The position numbers and the translations under genes were made by a program. DNA of 64,000 bases from Eledone cirrhosa (lineage: Eukaryota): NCBI GenBank assembly GCA_964016885.1, contig OZ024742.1, positions 198,338,001 through 198,402,000 of the forward strand, in the 5' to 3' direction. How positions within the stretch are numbered: the stretch's first letter is position 1; every line of letters begins with the position of its first letter. This document shows, piece by piece, positions 15,001 to 30,000 of this stretch. Under the pieces are notes generated by a model. The model was not told the origin of the DNA, made no database searches, and worked only from the letters and a program-made list of their open reading frames with translations.

Positions 15001-18000
15001 CACATCTCATTTCTCTTCACAATATTCATTAAAGGCTCTAGTCCTCTCACTGAGTAACATTCAACTTTCCTCAACACGACCAACACATCTCATTTCTCTT
15101 CACAACATTCATCACTGGCTCTAGTCCTCTCACTGAGTAACATTCAACTTTCATCAACACGACCTACACATTTCATTTCTCTTCACAACATTCATCACTG
15201 GCTCTAGTCCTCTCACTGAGTAACATTCAACTTTCCTCAACACGACCTACACATCTCATTTCTCTTCACAATATTCATTAATGGCTCTAGTCCTCTCACT
15301 GAGTAACATTCAACTTTCCTCAACACGACCTACACATTTCATTTCTCTTCACAACATTCATCACCGGCTCTAGTCCTCTCACTGAGTAACATTCAACTTT
15401 CCTCAACACGACCTACACATCTCATTTCTCTTCACAATATTCATCACTGGCTCTAGTCCTCTCACTGAGTAACATTCAACTTTCCTCAACACGACCTACA
15501 CATTTCATTTCTCTTCACAACATTCATCACCGGCTCTAGTCCTCTCACTGAGTAACATTCAACTTTCCTCAACACGACCTACACATCTCATTTCTCTTCA
15601 CAATATTCATCACCGGCTCTAGTCGTCTCACTGAGTAACATTCAACTTTCCTCAACACGACCTACACATCTCATTTCTCTTCACAATATTCATTACTGGC
15701 TCTAGTCCTCTCACTGAGTAACATTCAACTTTCCTCAACACGACCTACACATCTCATTTCTCTTCACAACATTCATTAATGGCTCTAGTCCTCACACTGA
15801 GTAACATTCAACTTTCCTGAACACGACCTACACATTTCATTTCTCTTCACAACATTCATCACCGGCTCTAGTCGTCTCACTGAGTAACATTCAGCTTTCC
15901 TCAACACGACCTACACATTTCATTTCTCTGCACAATATTCATTACTGGCTCTAGTCCTCTCACTGAGTAACATTGAATTTTCCTCAACACGACCTACATA
16001 TCTCATTTCTCTTCACAACATTCATTACTGGCTCTAGTCCTCTCACTGAGTAACATTCAACTTTCCTCAACACGACCTACACATCTCATTTCTCTTCACA
16101 ACATTCATTACTGGCTCTAGTCCTCACACTGAGTAACATTCAACTTTACACAACACGACCTACACATCTCATTTCTCTTCACATTCATTACTGGCTCTAG
16201 TCCTCTCACTGAGTAACATTCAACTTTCCTCAACACGACCTACACATTTCATTTCTCTTCACAACATTCATCACTGGCTCTAGTCCTCTCACTGAGTAAC
16301 ATTCAACTTTCCTCAACACGACCTACACATCTTATTTCTCTTCACAACATTCATTACTGGCTCTAGTCCTCTCACTGAGTAACATTGAACTTTCCTCAAC
16401 ACGACCTACATATCTCATTTCTCTTCACAACATCCATTACTGGCTCTAGTCCTCTCACTGAGTAACATTCAACTTTCCTCAACACGACCTACACATCTCA
16501 TTTCTCTTCATAATATTCATTACTGGCTCAAGTCCTCACACTAAGTAACATTCAACTTTCCTCAACACGACCTACACATCTCATTTCTCTTCACAACATT
16601 CATTACTGGCTCTAGTCCTCTCACTGAGTAACATTCAACTTTCCTCAACACGACCTACACATCTCATTTCTCTTCACAACATTCATTACTGGCTCTAGTC
16701 GTCTCACTGAGTAACATTCAACTTTCCTCAACACGACCTACACATCTCATTTCTCTTCACAACATTCATTACTGGCTCTAGTCGTCTCACTGAGTAACAT
16801 TCAACTTTCCTCAACACGACCTACACATTTCATTTCTCTTCACAACATTCATCAGTGGCTCTAGTCCTCTCACTGAGTAACATTCAACTTTCCTCAACAC
16901 GACCTACACATCTCATTTCTCTTCACAACATTCATTACTGGCTCTAGTCCTCACACTGAGTAACATTCAACTTTCCTCACCACGACCTACACATCTCCTT
17001 TCTCTTCACAACATTCATTACTGGCTCTAGTCCTCTCACTGAGTAACATTCAACTTTCCTCAACACGACCTACACATCTCATTTCTCTTCACAATATTCA
17101 TTACTGGCTCTAGTCCTCTCACTGAGTAACATTCAACTTTCCTCAACACGACCTACACATCTCATTACTCTTCACAACATTCATTACTGGCTCTAGTCCT
17201 CACACTGAGTAACATTCAACATTCCTCAACACGACCTACACATCTCATGTCTCTTCACAATATTCATTACTGGCTCAAGTCCTCACACTAAGTAACATTC
17301 AACTTTCCTCAACACGACCTACACATCTCATTTCTCTTCACAATATTCATTAATGGCTCTAGTCCTCACACTGAGTAACATTCAAATTTCCTCAACACGA
17401 CCTACACATTTCATTTCTCTTCACAATATTCATTACTGGCTCTAGTCCTCTCACTGAGTAACATTCAACTTTCCTCAACACGACCTACACATTTCATTTC
17501 TCTTCACAACATTCATCACCGGCTCTAGTCCTCTCACTGAGTAACATTCAACTTTCCTCAACACGACCTACACATCTCATTTCTCTTCACAATATTCATC
17601 ACTGGCTCTAGTCCTCTCACTGAGTAACATTCAACTTTCCTCAACACGACCTACACATTTCATTTCTCTTCACAACATTCATCACCGGCTCTAGTCGTCT
17701 CACTGAGTAACATTCAACTTTCCTCAACACGACCTACACATCTCATTTCTCTTCACAATATTCATTACTGGCTCTAGTCCTCTCACTGAGTAACATTCAA
17801 CTTTCCTCAACACGACCTACACATCTCATTTCTCTTCACAACATTCATTAATGGCTCTAGTCCTCACACTGAGTAACATTCAACTTTCCTGAACACGACC
17901 TACACATTTCATTTCTCTTCACAACATTCATCACCGGCTCTAGTCGTCTCACTGAGTAACATTCAGCTTTCCTCAACACGACCTACACATTTCATTTCTC

Positions 18001-21000
18001 TGCACAATATTCATTACTGGCTCTAGTCCTCTCACTGAGTAACATTGAATTTTCCTCAACACGACCTACATATCTCATTTCTCTTCACAACATTCATTAC
18101 TGGCTCTAGTCCTCTCACTGAGTAACATTCAACTTTCCTCAACACGACCTACACATCTCATTTCTCTTCACAACATTCATTACTGGCTCTAGTCCTCACA
18201 CTGAGTAACATTCAACTTTACACAACACGACCTACACATCTCATTTCTCTTCACATTCATTACTGGCTCTAGTCCTCTCACTGAGTAACATTCAACATTC
18301 CTCAACACGACCTACACATCTCATGTCTCTTCACAATATTCATCACTGGCTCTAGTCCTCTCACTGAGTAACATTCAACTTTCCTCAACACGACCTACAC
18401 ATCTCATTTCTCTTCACAATATTCATTAATGGCTCTAGTCCTCTCACTGAGTAACATTCAACTTTCCTCAACACGACCTACACATCTCATTTCTCTTCAC
18501 AACATTCATTAATGGCTCTAGTCCTCACACTGAGTAACATTCAACTTTCCTCAACACGACCTACACATCTCATTTCTCTTCACAATATTAATAACTGGCT
18601 CTAGTCCTCTCACTGAGTAACATTCAACTTTCCTCAACACGACCTACACATTTCATTTCTCTTCACAACATTCATCACCGGCTCTAGTCGTCTCAGTGAG
18701 TAACATTCAACTTTCCTCAACACGACCTACACATCTCATTTCTCTTCACAATATTCATTAAAGGCTCTAGTCCTCTCACTGAGTAACATTCAACTTTCCT
18801 CAACACGACCAACACATCTCATTTCTCTTCACAACATTCATCACTGGCTCTAGTCCTCTCACTGAGTAACATTCAACTTTCATCAACACGACCTACACAT
18901 TTCATTTCTCTTCACAACATTCATCACTGGCTCTAGTCCTCTCACTGAGTAACATTCAACTTTCCTCAACACGACCTACACATCTCATTTCTCTTCACAA
19001 TATTCATTAATGGCTCTAGTCCTCTCACTGAGTAACATTCAACTTTCCTCAACACGACCTACACATTTCATTTCTCTTCACAACATTCATCACCGGCTCT
19101 AGTCCTCTCACTGAGTAACATTCAACTTTCCTCAACACGACCTACACATCTCATTTCTCTTCACAATATTCATCACTGGCTCTAGTCCTCTCACTGAGTA
19201 ACATTCAACTTTCCTCAACACGACCTACACATTTCATTTCTCTTCACAACATTCATCACCGGCTCTAGTCGTCTCACTGAGTAACATTCAACTTTCCTCA
19301 ACACGACCTACACATCTCATTTCTCTTCACAATATTCATTACTGGCTCTAGTCCTCTCACTGAGTAACATTCAACTTTCCTCAACACGACCTACACATCT
19401 CATTTCTCTTCACAACATTCATTAATGGCTCTAGTCCTCACACTGAGTAACATTCAACTTTCCTGAACACGACCTACACATTTCATTTCTCTTCACAACA
19501 TTCATCACCGGCTCTAGTCGTCTCACTGAGTAACATTCAGCTTTCCTCAACACGACCTACACATTTCATTTCTCTGCACAATATTCATTACTGGCTCTAG
19601 TCCTCTCACTGAGTAACATTGAATTTTCCTCAACACGACCTACATATCTCATTTCTCTTCACAACATTCATTACTGGCTCTAGTCCTCTCACTGAGTAAC
19701 ATTCAACTTTCCTCAACACGACCTACACATCTCATTTCTCTTCACAACATTCATTACTGGCTCTAGTCCTCACACTGAGTAACATTCAACTTTACACAAC
19801 ACGACCTACACATCTCATTTCTCTTCACATTCATTACTGGCTCTAGTCCTCTCACTGAGTAACATTCAACTTTCCTCAACACGACCTACACATTTCATTT
19901 CTCTTCACAACATTCATCACTGGCTCTAGTCCTCTCACTGAGTAACATTCAACTTTCCTCAACACGACCTACACATCTTATTTCTCTTCACAACATTCAT
20001 TACTGGCTCTAGTCCTCTCACTGAGTAACATTGAACTTTCCTCAACACGACCTACATATCTCATTTCTCTTCACAACATCCATTACTGGCTCTAGTCCTC
20101 TCACTGAGTAACATTCAACTTTCCTCAACACGACCTACACATCTCATTTCTCTTCATAATATTCATTACTGGCTCAAGTCCTCACACTAAGTAACATTCA
20201 ACTTTCCTCAACACGACCTACACATCTCATTTCTCTTCACAACATTCATTACTGGCTCTAGTCCTCTCACTGAGTAACATTCAACTTTCCTCAACACGAC
20301 CTACACATCTCATTTCTCTTCACAACATTCATTACTGGCTCTAGTCGTCTCACTGAGTAACATTCAACTTTCCTCAACACGACCTACACATCTCATTTCT
20401 CTTCACAACATTCATTACTGGCTCTAGTCGTCTCACTGAGTAACATTCAACTTTCCTCAACACGACCTACACATCTCATTTCTCTTCACAACATTCATTA
20501 CTGGCTCTAGTCCTCTCACTGAGTAACATTCAACTTTCCTCAACACGACCTACACATCTCATTTCTCTTCACAACATTCATTACTGGCTCTAGTCCTCTC
20601 ACTGAGTAACATTCAACTTTCCTCAACACGACCTACACATCTCATTTCTCTTCACAACATTCATTACTGGCTCTAGTCCTCTCACTGAGTAACATTCAAC
20701 TTTCCTCAACACGACCTACACATTTCATTTCTCTTCACAACATTCATCACTGGCTCTAGTCCTCTCACTGAGTAACATTCAACTTTCCTCAACACGACCT
20801 ACACATCTCCTTTCTCTTCACAACATTCATTACTGGCTCTAGTCCTCTCACTGAGTAACATTCAACTTTCCTCAACACGACCTACACATCTCATTTCTCT
20901 TCACAATATTCATTACTGGCTCTAGTCCTCTCACTGAGTAACATTCAACTTTCCTCAACACGACCTACACATCTCATTACTCTTCACAACATTCATTACT

Positions 21001-24000
21001 GGCTCTAGTCCTCACACTGAGTAACATTCAACATTCCTCAACACGACCTACACATTTCATTACTCTTCACAACATTCATCACTGGCTCTAGTCCTCTCAC
21101 TGAGTAACATTCAACTTTCCTCAACACGACCTACACATCTCATGTCTCTTCACAATATTCATTACTGGCTCAAGTCCTCACACTAAGTAACATTCAACTT
21201 TCCTCAACACGACCTACACATCTCATTTCTCTTTACAACACTCATTACTGGCTCTAGTCCTCTCATTGAGTAACATTCAACTTTCCTCAACACGACCTAC
21301 ACATCTCATTTCTCTTCACAACATTCATCACCGGCTCTAGTCCTCTCACTGAGTAACATTCAACTTTCCTCAACACGACATACACATCTCATTTCTCTTC
21401 ACAACATTCATTACTGGCTCTAGTACTCACAGTGAGTAACATTCAACTTTCCTCAACACGACCTACACATCTCATTTCTCTTCACAACATTCATTACTGG
21501 CTCTAGTACTCACAGTGAGTAACATTCAACTTTCCTCAACACGACCTACACATCTCATTTCTCTTCACAACATTCATTACTGGCTCTAGTCCTCACACTG
21601 GGTAACATTCAACTTTCCTCAACACAACCTACACATCTCATTTCTCTTCACAATATTCATTAATGGCTCTAGTCCTCTCACTGAGTAACATTCAACTTTC
21701 CTCAACACGACCTACACATCTCATTTCTCTTCACAACATTCATTAATGGCTCTAGTCCTCTCACTGAGTAACATTCAACTTTCCTCAACACGACCTACAC
21801 ATTTCATTTCTCTTCACAACATTCATCACCGGCTCTAGTCCTCTCATTGAGTAACATTCAACTTTCCTCACCACGACCTACACATCTCATTTCTCTTCAC
21901 AACATTCATCACTCGCTCTAGTCCTCTCACTGAGTAACATTCAACTTTCCTCAACACGACATACACATCTCATTTCTCTTCACAATATTCATTACTGGCT
22001 CTAGTCCTCTCACTGAGTAACATTCAACTTTCCTCAACACGACCTACATATCTCATTTCTCTTCACAACATTCATCACTGGCTCTAGTCCTCTCACTGAG
22101 TAACATTCAACTTTCCTCAACACGACCTACACATCTCATTACTCTTCACAACATTCATTACTGGCTCTAGTCCTCACACTGAGTAACATTCAACATTCCT
22201 CAACACGACCTACACATCTCATGTCTCTTCACAATATTCATTACTGGCTCAAGTCCTCACACTAAGTAACATTCAACTTTCCTCAACACGACCTACACAT
22301 TTCATTTCTCTTCACAACATTCATCACCGGCTCTAGTCCTCTCATTGAGTAACATTCAACTTTCCTCACCACGACCTACACATTTCATTTCTCTTCACAA
22401 CATTCATTACTGGCTCTAGTCCTCTCATTGAGTAACATTCAACTTTCCTCAACACGACCTACACATCTCATTTCTCTTCACAATATTCATTACTGGCTCT
22501 AGTCCTCTCATTGAGTAACATTCAACTTTCCTCAACACGACCTACACATCTCATTTCTCTTCACAATATTCATTACTGGCTCTAGTCCTCTCACTGAGTA
22601 ACATTCAACTTTCCTCAACACGACCTACACATCTCATTTCTCTTCACAACACTCATTACTGGCTCTAGTCCTCTCATTGAGTAACATTCAACTTTCCTCA
22701 ACACGACCTACACATCTCATTACTCTTCACAACATTCATTACTGGCTCTAGTCCTCACACTGAGTAACATTCAACATTCCTCAACACGACCTACACATCT
22801 CATGTCTCTTCACAACATTCATTACTGGCTCTAGTCCTCACACTGAGTAACATTCAACTTTCCTCAACACGACCTACACATCTCATTACTCTTCACAACA
22901 TTCATTACTGGCTCTAGTCCTCTCACTGAGTAACATTCAACATTCCTCAACACGACCTACACATCTCATGTCTCTTCACAACATTCATTACTGGCTCTAG
23001 TCCTCTCACTGAGTAACATTCAACTTTCCTCAACACGACCTACACATCTCATTTCTCTTCACAATATTCATTACTGGCTCTAGTCCTCACACTGAGTAAC
23101 ATACAACTATCCTCAACACGACCTACACATCTCATTTCTCTTCACAACATTCATTACTGGCTCTAGTCCTCACACTGAGTAACATTCAACTTTCCTCAAC
23201 ACAACCTACACATCTCATTTCTCTTCACAATATTCATTAATGGCTCTAGTCCTCTCACTGAGTAACATTCAACTTTCCTCAACACGACCTACACATCTCA
23301 TTTCTCTTCACAATATTCATTAATGGCTCTAGTCCTCTCACTGAGTAACATTCAACTTTCCTCAACACGACCTACACATTTCATTTCTCTTCACAACATT
23401 CATCACTGGCTCTAGTCCTCTCACTGAGTAACATTCAACTTTCCTCAACACGACCTACACATCTCATTTCTCTTCACAATATTCATTAATGGCTCTAGTC
23501 CTCTCACTGAGTAACATTCAACTTTCCTCAACACGACCTACACATTTCATTTCTCTTCACAACATTCATCACCGGCTCTAGTCCTCTCACTGAGTAACAT
23601 TCAACTCTCCTCAACACGACCTACACATCTCATTTCTCTTCACAATATTCATCACTGGCTCTAGTCCTCTCACTGAGTAACATTCAACTTTCCTCAACAC
23701 GACCTACACATTTCATTTCTCTTCACAATATTCATCACCGGCTCTAGTCGTCTCACTGAGTAACATTCAACTTTCCTCAACACGACCTACACATCTCATT
23801 TCTCTTCACAATGTTCATTACTGGCTCTAGTCCTCTCACTGAGTAACATTCAACTTTCCTCAACACGACCTACACATCTCATTTCTCTTCACAACATTCA
23901 TTAATGGCTCTAGTCCTCACACTGAGTAACATTCAACTTTCCTGAACACGACCTACACATCTCATTTCTCTTCACAATATTAATAACTGGCTCTAGTCCT

Positions 24001-27000
24001 CTCACTGAGTAACATTCAACTTTCCTCAACACGACCTACACATTTCATTTCTCTTCACAACATTCATCACCGGCTCTAGTCGTCTCACTGAGTAACATTC
24101 AACTTTCCTCAACACGACCTACACATTTCATTTCTCTGCACAATATTCATTACTGGCTCTAGTCCTCTCACTGAGTAACATTGAACTTTCCTCAACACGA
24201 CCTACATATCTCATTTCTCTTCACAACATTCATTACTGGCTCTAGTCCTCTCACTGAGTAACATTCAACTTTCCTCAACACGACCTACACATCTCATTTC
24301 TCTTCACAACATTCATTACTGGCTCTAGTCCTCACACTGAGTAACATTCAACTTTACACAACACGACCTACATATCTCATTTCTCTTCACATTCATTACT
24401 GGCTCTAGTCCTCTCACTGAGTAACATTCAACTTTCCTCAACACGACCTACACATTTCATTTCTCTTCACAACATTCATCACTGGCTCTAGTCCTCTCAC
24501 TGAGTAACATTCAACTTTCCTCAACACGACCTACACATCATATTTCTCTTCACAACATTCATTACTGGCTCTAGTCCTCTCACTGAGTAACATTGAACTT
24601 TCCTCAACACGACCTACACATCTCATTTCTCTTCACAACATTCATTACTGGCTCTAGTCCTCACACTGAGTAACATTGAACTTTCCTCAACACGACCTAC
24701 ACATCTCATTTCTCTTCACAACATTCATCACTGGCTCTAGTCCTCTCACTGAGTAACATTCAACTTTCCTCAACACGACCTACACATCATATTTCTCTTC
24801 ACAACATTCATTACTGGCTCTAGTCCTCTCACTGAGTAACATTCAACTTTCCTCAACACGACCTACACATTTCATTTCTCTTCACAACATTCATCACTGG
24901 CTCTAGTCCTCTCACTGAGTAACATTCAACTTTCCTCAACACGACCTACACATCATATTTCTCTTCACAACATTCATTACTGGCTCTAGTCCTCTCACTG
25001 AGTAACATTCAACTTTCCTCAACACGACCTACACATTTCATTTCTCTTCACAACATTCATCACTGGCTCTAGTCCTCTCACTGAGTAACATTCAACTTTC
25101 CTCAACACGACCTACACATCATATTTCTCTTCACAACATTCATTACTGGCTCTAGTCCTCTCACTGAGTAACATTGAACTTTCCTCAACACGACCTACAT
25201 ATCTCATTTCTCTTCACAACACTCATTACTGGCTCTAGTCCTCTCACTGAGTAACATTCAACTTTCCTCACCACGACCTACACATCTCATTTCTCTTCAC
25301 AACATTCATTACTGGCTCTAGTCCTCTCACTGAGTAACATTCAACTTTCCTCAACACGACCTACACATCTCATTTCTCTTCACAACATTCATTACTGGCT
25401 CTAGTCCTCACACTGAGTAACATTCAACTTTCCTCACCACGACCTACACATCTCATTTCTCTTCACAACATTCATTACTGGCTCTAGTCCTCACACTGAG
25501 TAACATTCAACTATCCTCAACACGACCTACACATCTCATTTCTCTTCACAACATTCATCACTCGCTCTACTCCTCTCACTGAGTAACATTCAACTTCCCT
25601 CAACACGACCTACACATCTTATTTCTCTTCACAACATTCATTACTGGCTCTAGTCCTCTCACTGAGTAACATTCAACTTTCCTCAACACGACCTACACAT
25701 CTCATTTCTCTTCACAACATTCATCACTGGCTCTAGTCCTCTCACTGAGTAACATTCAACTTTCCTCAACACGACCTACACATCTTATTTCTCTTCACAA
25801 CATTCATTACTGGCTCTAGTCCTCTCACTGAGTAACATTCAACTTTCCTCAACACGACCTACACATCTCATTTCTCTTCACAACATTCATCACTGGCTCT
25901 AGTCCTCTCACTGAGTAACATTCAACTTTCCTCAACACGACCTACACATCTCATTTCTCTTCACAATATTCATTAATGGCTCTAGTCCTCTCACTGAGAA
26001 ACATTCAACTTTCCTCAACACGACCTACACATTTCATTTCTCTTCACAACATTCATCACCGGCTCTAGTCCTCTCACTGAGTAACATTCAACTTTCCTCA
26101 ACACGACCTGCACATCTCATTTCTCTTCACAATATTCATCACTGGCTCTAGTCCTCTCACTGAGTAACATTCAACTTTCCTCAACACGACCTACACATCT
26201 CATTTCTCTTCACAACATTCATTACTGGCTCTAGTCCTCTCACTGAGTAACATTCAACTTTCCTCACCACGACCTACACATCTCATTTCTCTTCACAACA
26301 TTCATTACTGGCTCTAGTCCTCTCACTGAGTAACATTCAACTTTCCTCAACACGACATACGCATCTCATTTCTCTTCACAATATTCCTCACTGGCTCTAG
26401 TCCTCTCACTGAGTAACATTCAACTTTCCTCAACACGACCTACACATCTCATTTCTCTTCACAACATTCATTACTGGCTCTAGTCCTCACACTGAGTAAC
26501 ATTCAACTTTCCTCAACACGACCTACACATCTCATTTCTCTTCACAATATTCATTACTGGCTCTAGTCCTCTCACTGAGTAACATTGAACTTTCCTCAAC
26601 ACGACCTACACATTTCATTTCTCTTCACAACATTCATCGCTGGCTCTAGTCCTCTCACTGAGTAACATGCAACTTTCCTCAACACGACCTACACATCTCA
26701 TTTCTCTTCACAATATTCCTCACTGGCTCTAGTCCTCTCACTGAGTAACATTCAACTGTCCTCAACACGACCTACACATCTCATTTCTCTTCACAACATT
26801 CAACTTTCCTCAACACGACCTACACATTTCATTTCTCTTCACAACAGTCATCACTGGCTCTAGTCCTCTCACTGAGTAAAATTCAACTTTCCTCAACACG
26901 ACCTACACATCTCATTTCTCTTCACATCATTCATCACTGGCTCTAGTCCTCTCACTGAGTAACATTCAACTTTCCTCAACACGACCTACACATCTCATTT

Positions 27001-30000
27001 CTCTTCACAACATTCATCACAGGCTCTAGTCCTCTCACTGAGTAGCATTCAACGTTCCTCAACACGACCTACACATCTCATTTCTCTTCACAATATTCAT
27101 TAATGGCTCTAGTCCTCTCACTGAGTAACATTCAACTTTCCTCAACACGACCTACACATCTCATTTCTCTTCACAACATTTATCACTGGCTCTAGTCCTC
27201 TCACTGAGTAACATTCAACGTTCCTCAACACGACCTACACATCTCATTTCTCTTCACAATATTCATTAATGGCTCTAGTCCTCTCACTGAGTAACATTCA
27301 ACTTTCCTCAACACGACCTACACATCTCATTTCTCTTCACAATATTCATTAATGGCTCTAGTCCTCTCACTGAGTAACATTCAACTTTCCTCAACACGAC
27401 CTACACATCTCATTTCTCTTCACAACATTCATTACTGGCTCTAGTCCTCTCACTGAGTAACATTGAACTTTCCTCAACACGACCTACACATCTCATTTCT
27501 CTTCACAACATTCATTACTGGCTCTAGTCCTCTCACTGAGTAACATTCAACTTTCCTCAACACGACCTACACATCTCATTTCTCTTCACAACATTCATTA
27601 CTGGCTCTAGTCCTCTCACTGAGTAACATTGAACTTTCCTCAACACGACCTACACATCTCATTTCTCTTCACAACATTCATTACTGGCTCTAGTCCTCTC
27701 ACTGAGTAACATTCAACTTTCCTCAACACGACCTACACATCTCATTTCTCTTCACAACATTCATTACTGGCTCTAGTCCTCTCACTGAGTAACATTCAAC
27801 TTTCCTCAACACGACCTACACATCTCATTTCTCTTCACAACATTCATCACTGGCTCTAGTCCTCTCACTGAGTAACATTCAACTTTCTTCAACACGACCT
27901 ACACATTTCATTTCTCTTCACAATATTCATTACTGGCTCTAGTCCTCTCACCGAGTAACATTCAACTTTCTTCAACACGACCTACACATCTCATTTCTCT
28001 TCACAATATTCATTACTGGCTCTAGTCCTCTCACTGAGTAACATTCAACTTTCCTCAACACGACCTACACATCTCATTACTCTTCACAACATTCATTACT
28101 AGCTCTAGTCCTCACACTGAGTAACATTCAACATTCCTCAACACGACCTACACATCTCATGTCTCTTCACAATATTCATTACTGGCTCTAGTCCTCTCAC
28201 TGAGTAACATTCAGCTTTCCTCAACACGACCTACACATTTCATTTCTCTGCACAATATTCATTACTGGCTCTAGTCCTCTCACTGAGTAACATTGAATTT
28301 TCCTCAACACGACCTACATATCTCATTTCTCTTCACAACATTCATTACTGGCTCTAGTCCTCTCACTGAGTAACATTCAACTTTCCTCAACACGACCTAC
28401 ACATCTCATTTCTCTTCACAACATTCATTACTGGCTCTAGTCCTCACACTGAGTAACATTCAACTTTACACAACACGACCTACACATCTCATTTCTCTTC
28501 ACATTCATTACTGGCTCTAGTCCTCTCACTGAGTAACATTCAACTTTCCTCAACACGACCTACACATTTCATTTCTCTTCACAACATTCATCACTGGCTC
28601 TAGTCCTCTCACTGAGTAACATTCAACTTTCCTCAACACGACCTACACATCTTATTTCTCTTCACAACATTCATTACTGGCTCTAGTCCTCTCACTGAGT
28701 AACATTGAACTTTCCTCAACACGACCTACATATCTCATTTCTCTTCACAACATCCATTACTGGCTCTAGTCCTCTCACTGAGTAACATTCAACTTTCCTC
28801 AACACGACCTACACATCTCATTTCTCTTCATAATATTCATTACTGGCTCAAGTCCTCACACTAAGTAACATTCAACTTTCCTCAACACGACCTACACATC
28901 TCATTTCTCTTCACAACATTCATTACTGGCTCTAGTCCCCTCACTGAGTAACATTCAACTTTCCTCAACACGACCTACACATCTCATTTCTCTTCACAAC
29001 ATTCATTACTGGCTCTAGTCGTCTCACTGAGTAACATTCAACTTTCCTCAACACGACCTACACATCTCATTTCTCTTCACAACATTCATTACTGGCTCTA
29101 GTCGTCTCACTGAGTAACATTCAACTTTCCTCAACACGACCTACACATCTCATTTCTCTTCACAACATTCATTACTGGCTCTAGTCCTCTCACTGAGTAA
29201 CATTCAACTTTCCTCAACACGACCTACACATCTCATTTCTCTTCACAACATTCATTACTGGCTCTAGTCCTCTCACTGAGTAACATTCAACTTTCCTCAA
29301 CACGACCTACACATTTCATTTCTCTTCACAACATTCATCACTGGCTCTAGTCCTCTCACTGAGTAACATTCAACTTTCCTCAACACGACCTACACATCTC
29401 ATTTCTCTTCACAATATTCATTACTGGCTCTAGTCCTCTCACTGAGTAACATTCAACTTTCCTCAACACGACCTACACATCTCATTACTCTTCACAACAT
29501 TCATTACTGGCTCTAGTCCTCACACTGAGTAACATTCAACATTCCTCAACACGACCTACACATTTCATTACTCTTCACAACATTCATCACTGGCTCTAGT
29601 CCTCTCACTGAGTAACATTCAACTTTCCTCAACACGACCTACACATCTCATGTCTCTTCACAATATTCATTACTGGCTCAAGTCCTCACACTAAGTAACA
29701 TTCAACTTTCCTCAACACGACCTACACATCTCATTTCTCTTTACAACACTCATTACTGGCTCTAGTCCTCTCATTGAGTAACATTCAACTTTCCTCAACA
29801 CGACCTACACATCTCATTTCTCTTCACAACATTCATCACCGGCTCTAGTCCTCTCACTGAGTAACATTCAACTTTCCTCAACACGACATACACATCTCAT
29901 TTCTCTTCACAACATTCATTACTGGCTCTAGTACTCACAGTGAGTAACATTCAACTTTCCTCAACACGACCTACACATCTCATTTCTCTTCACAACATTC

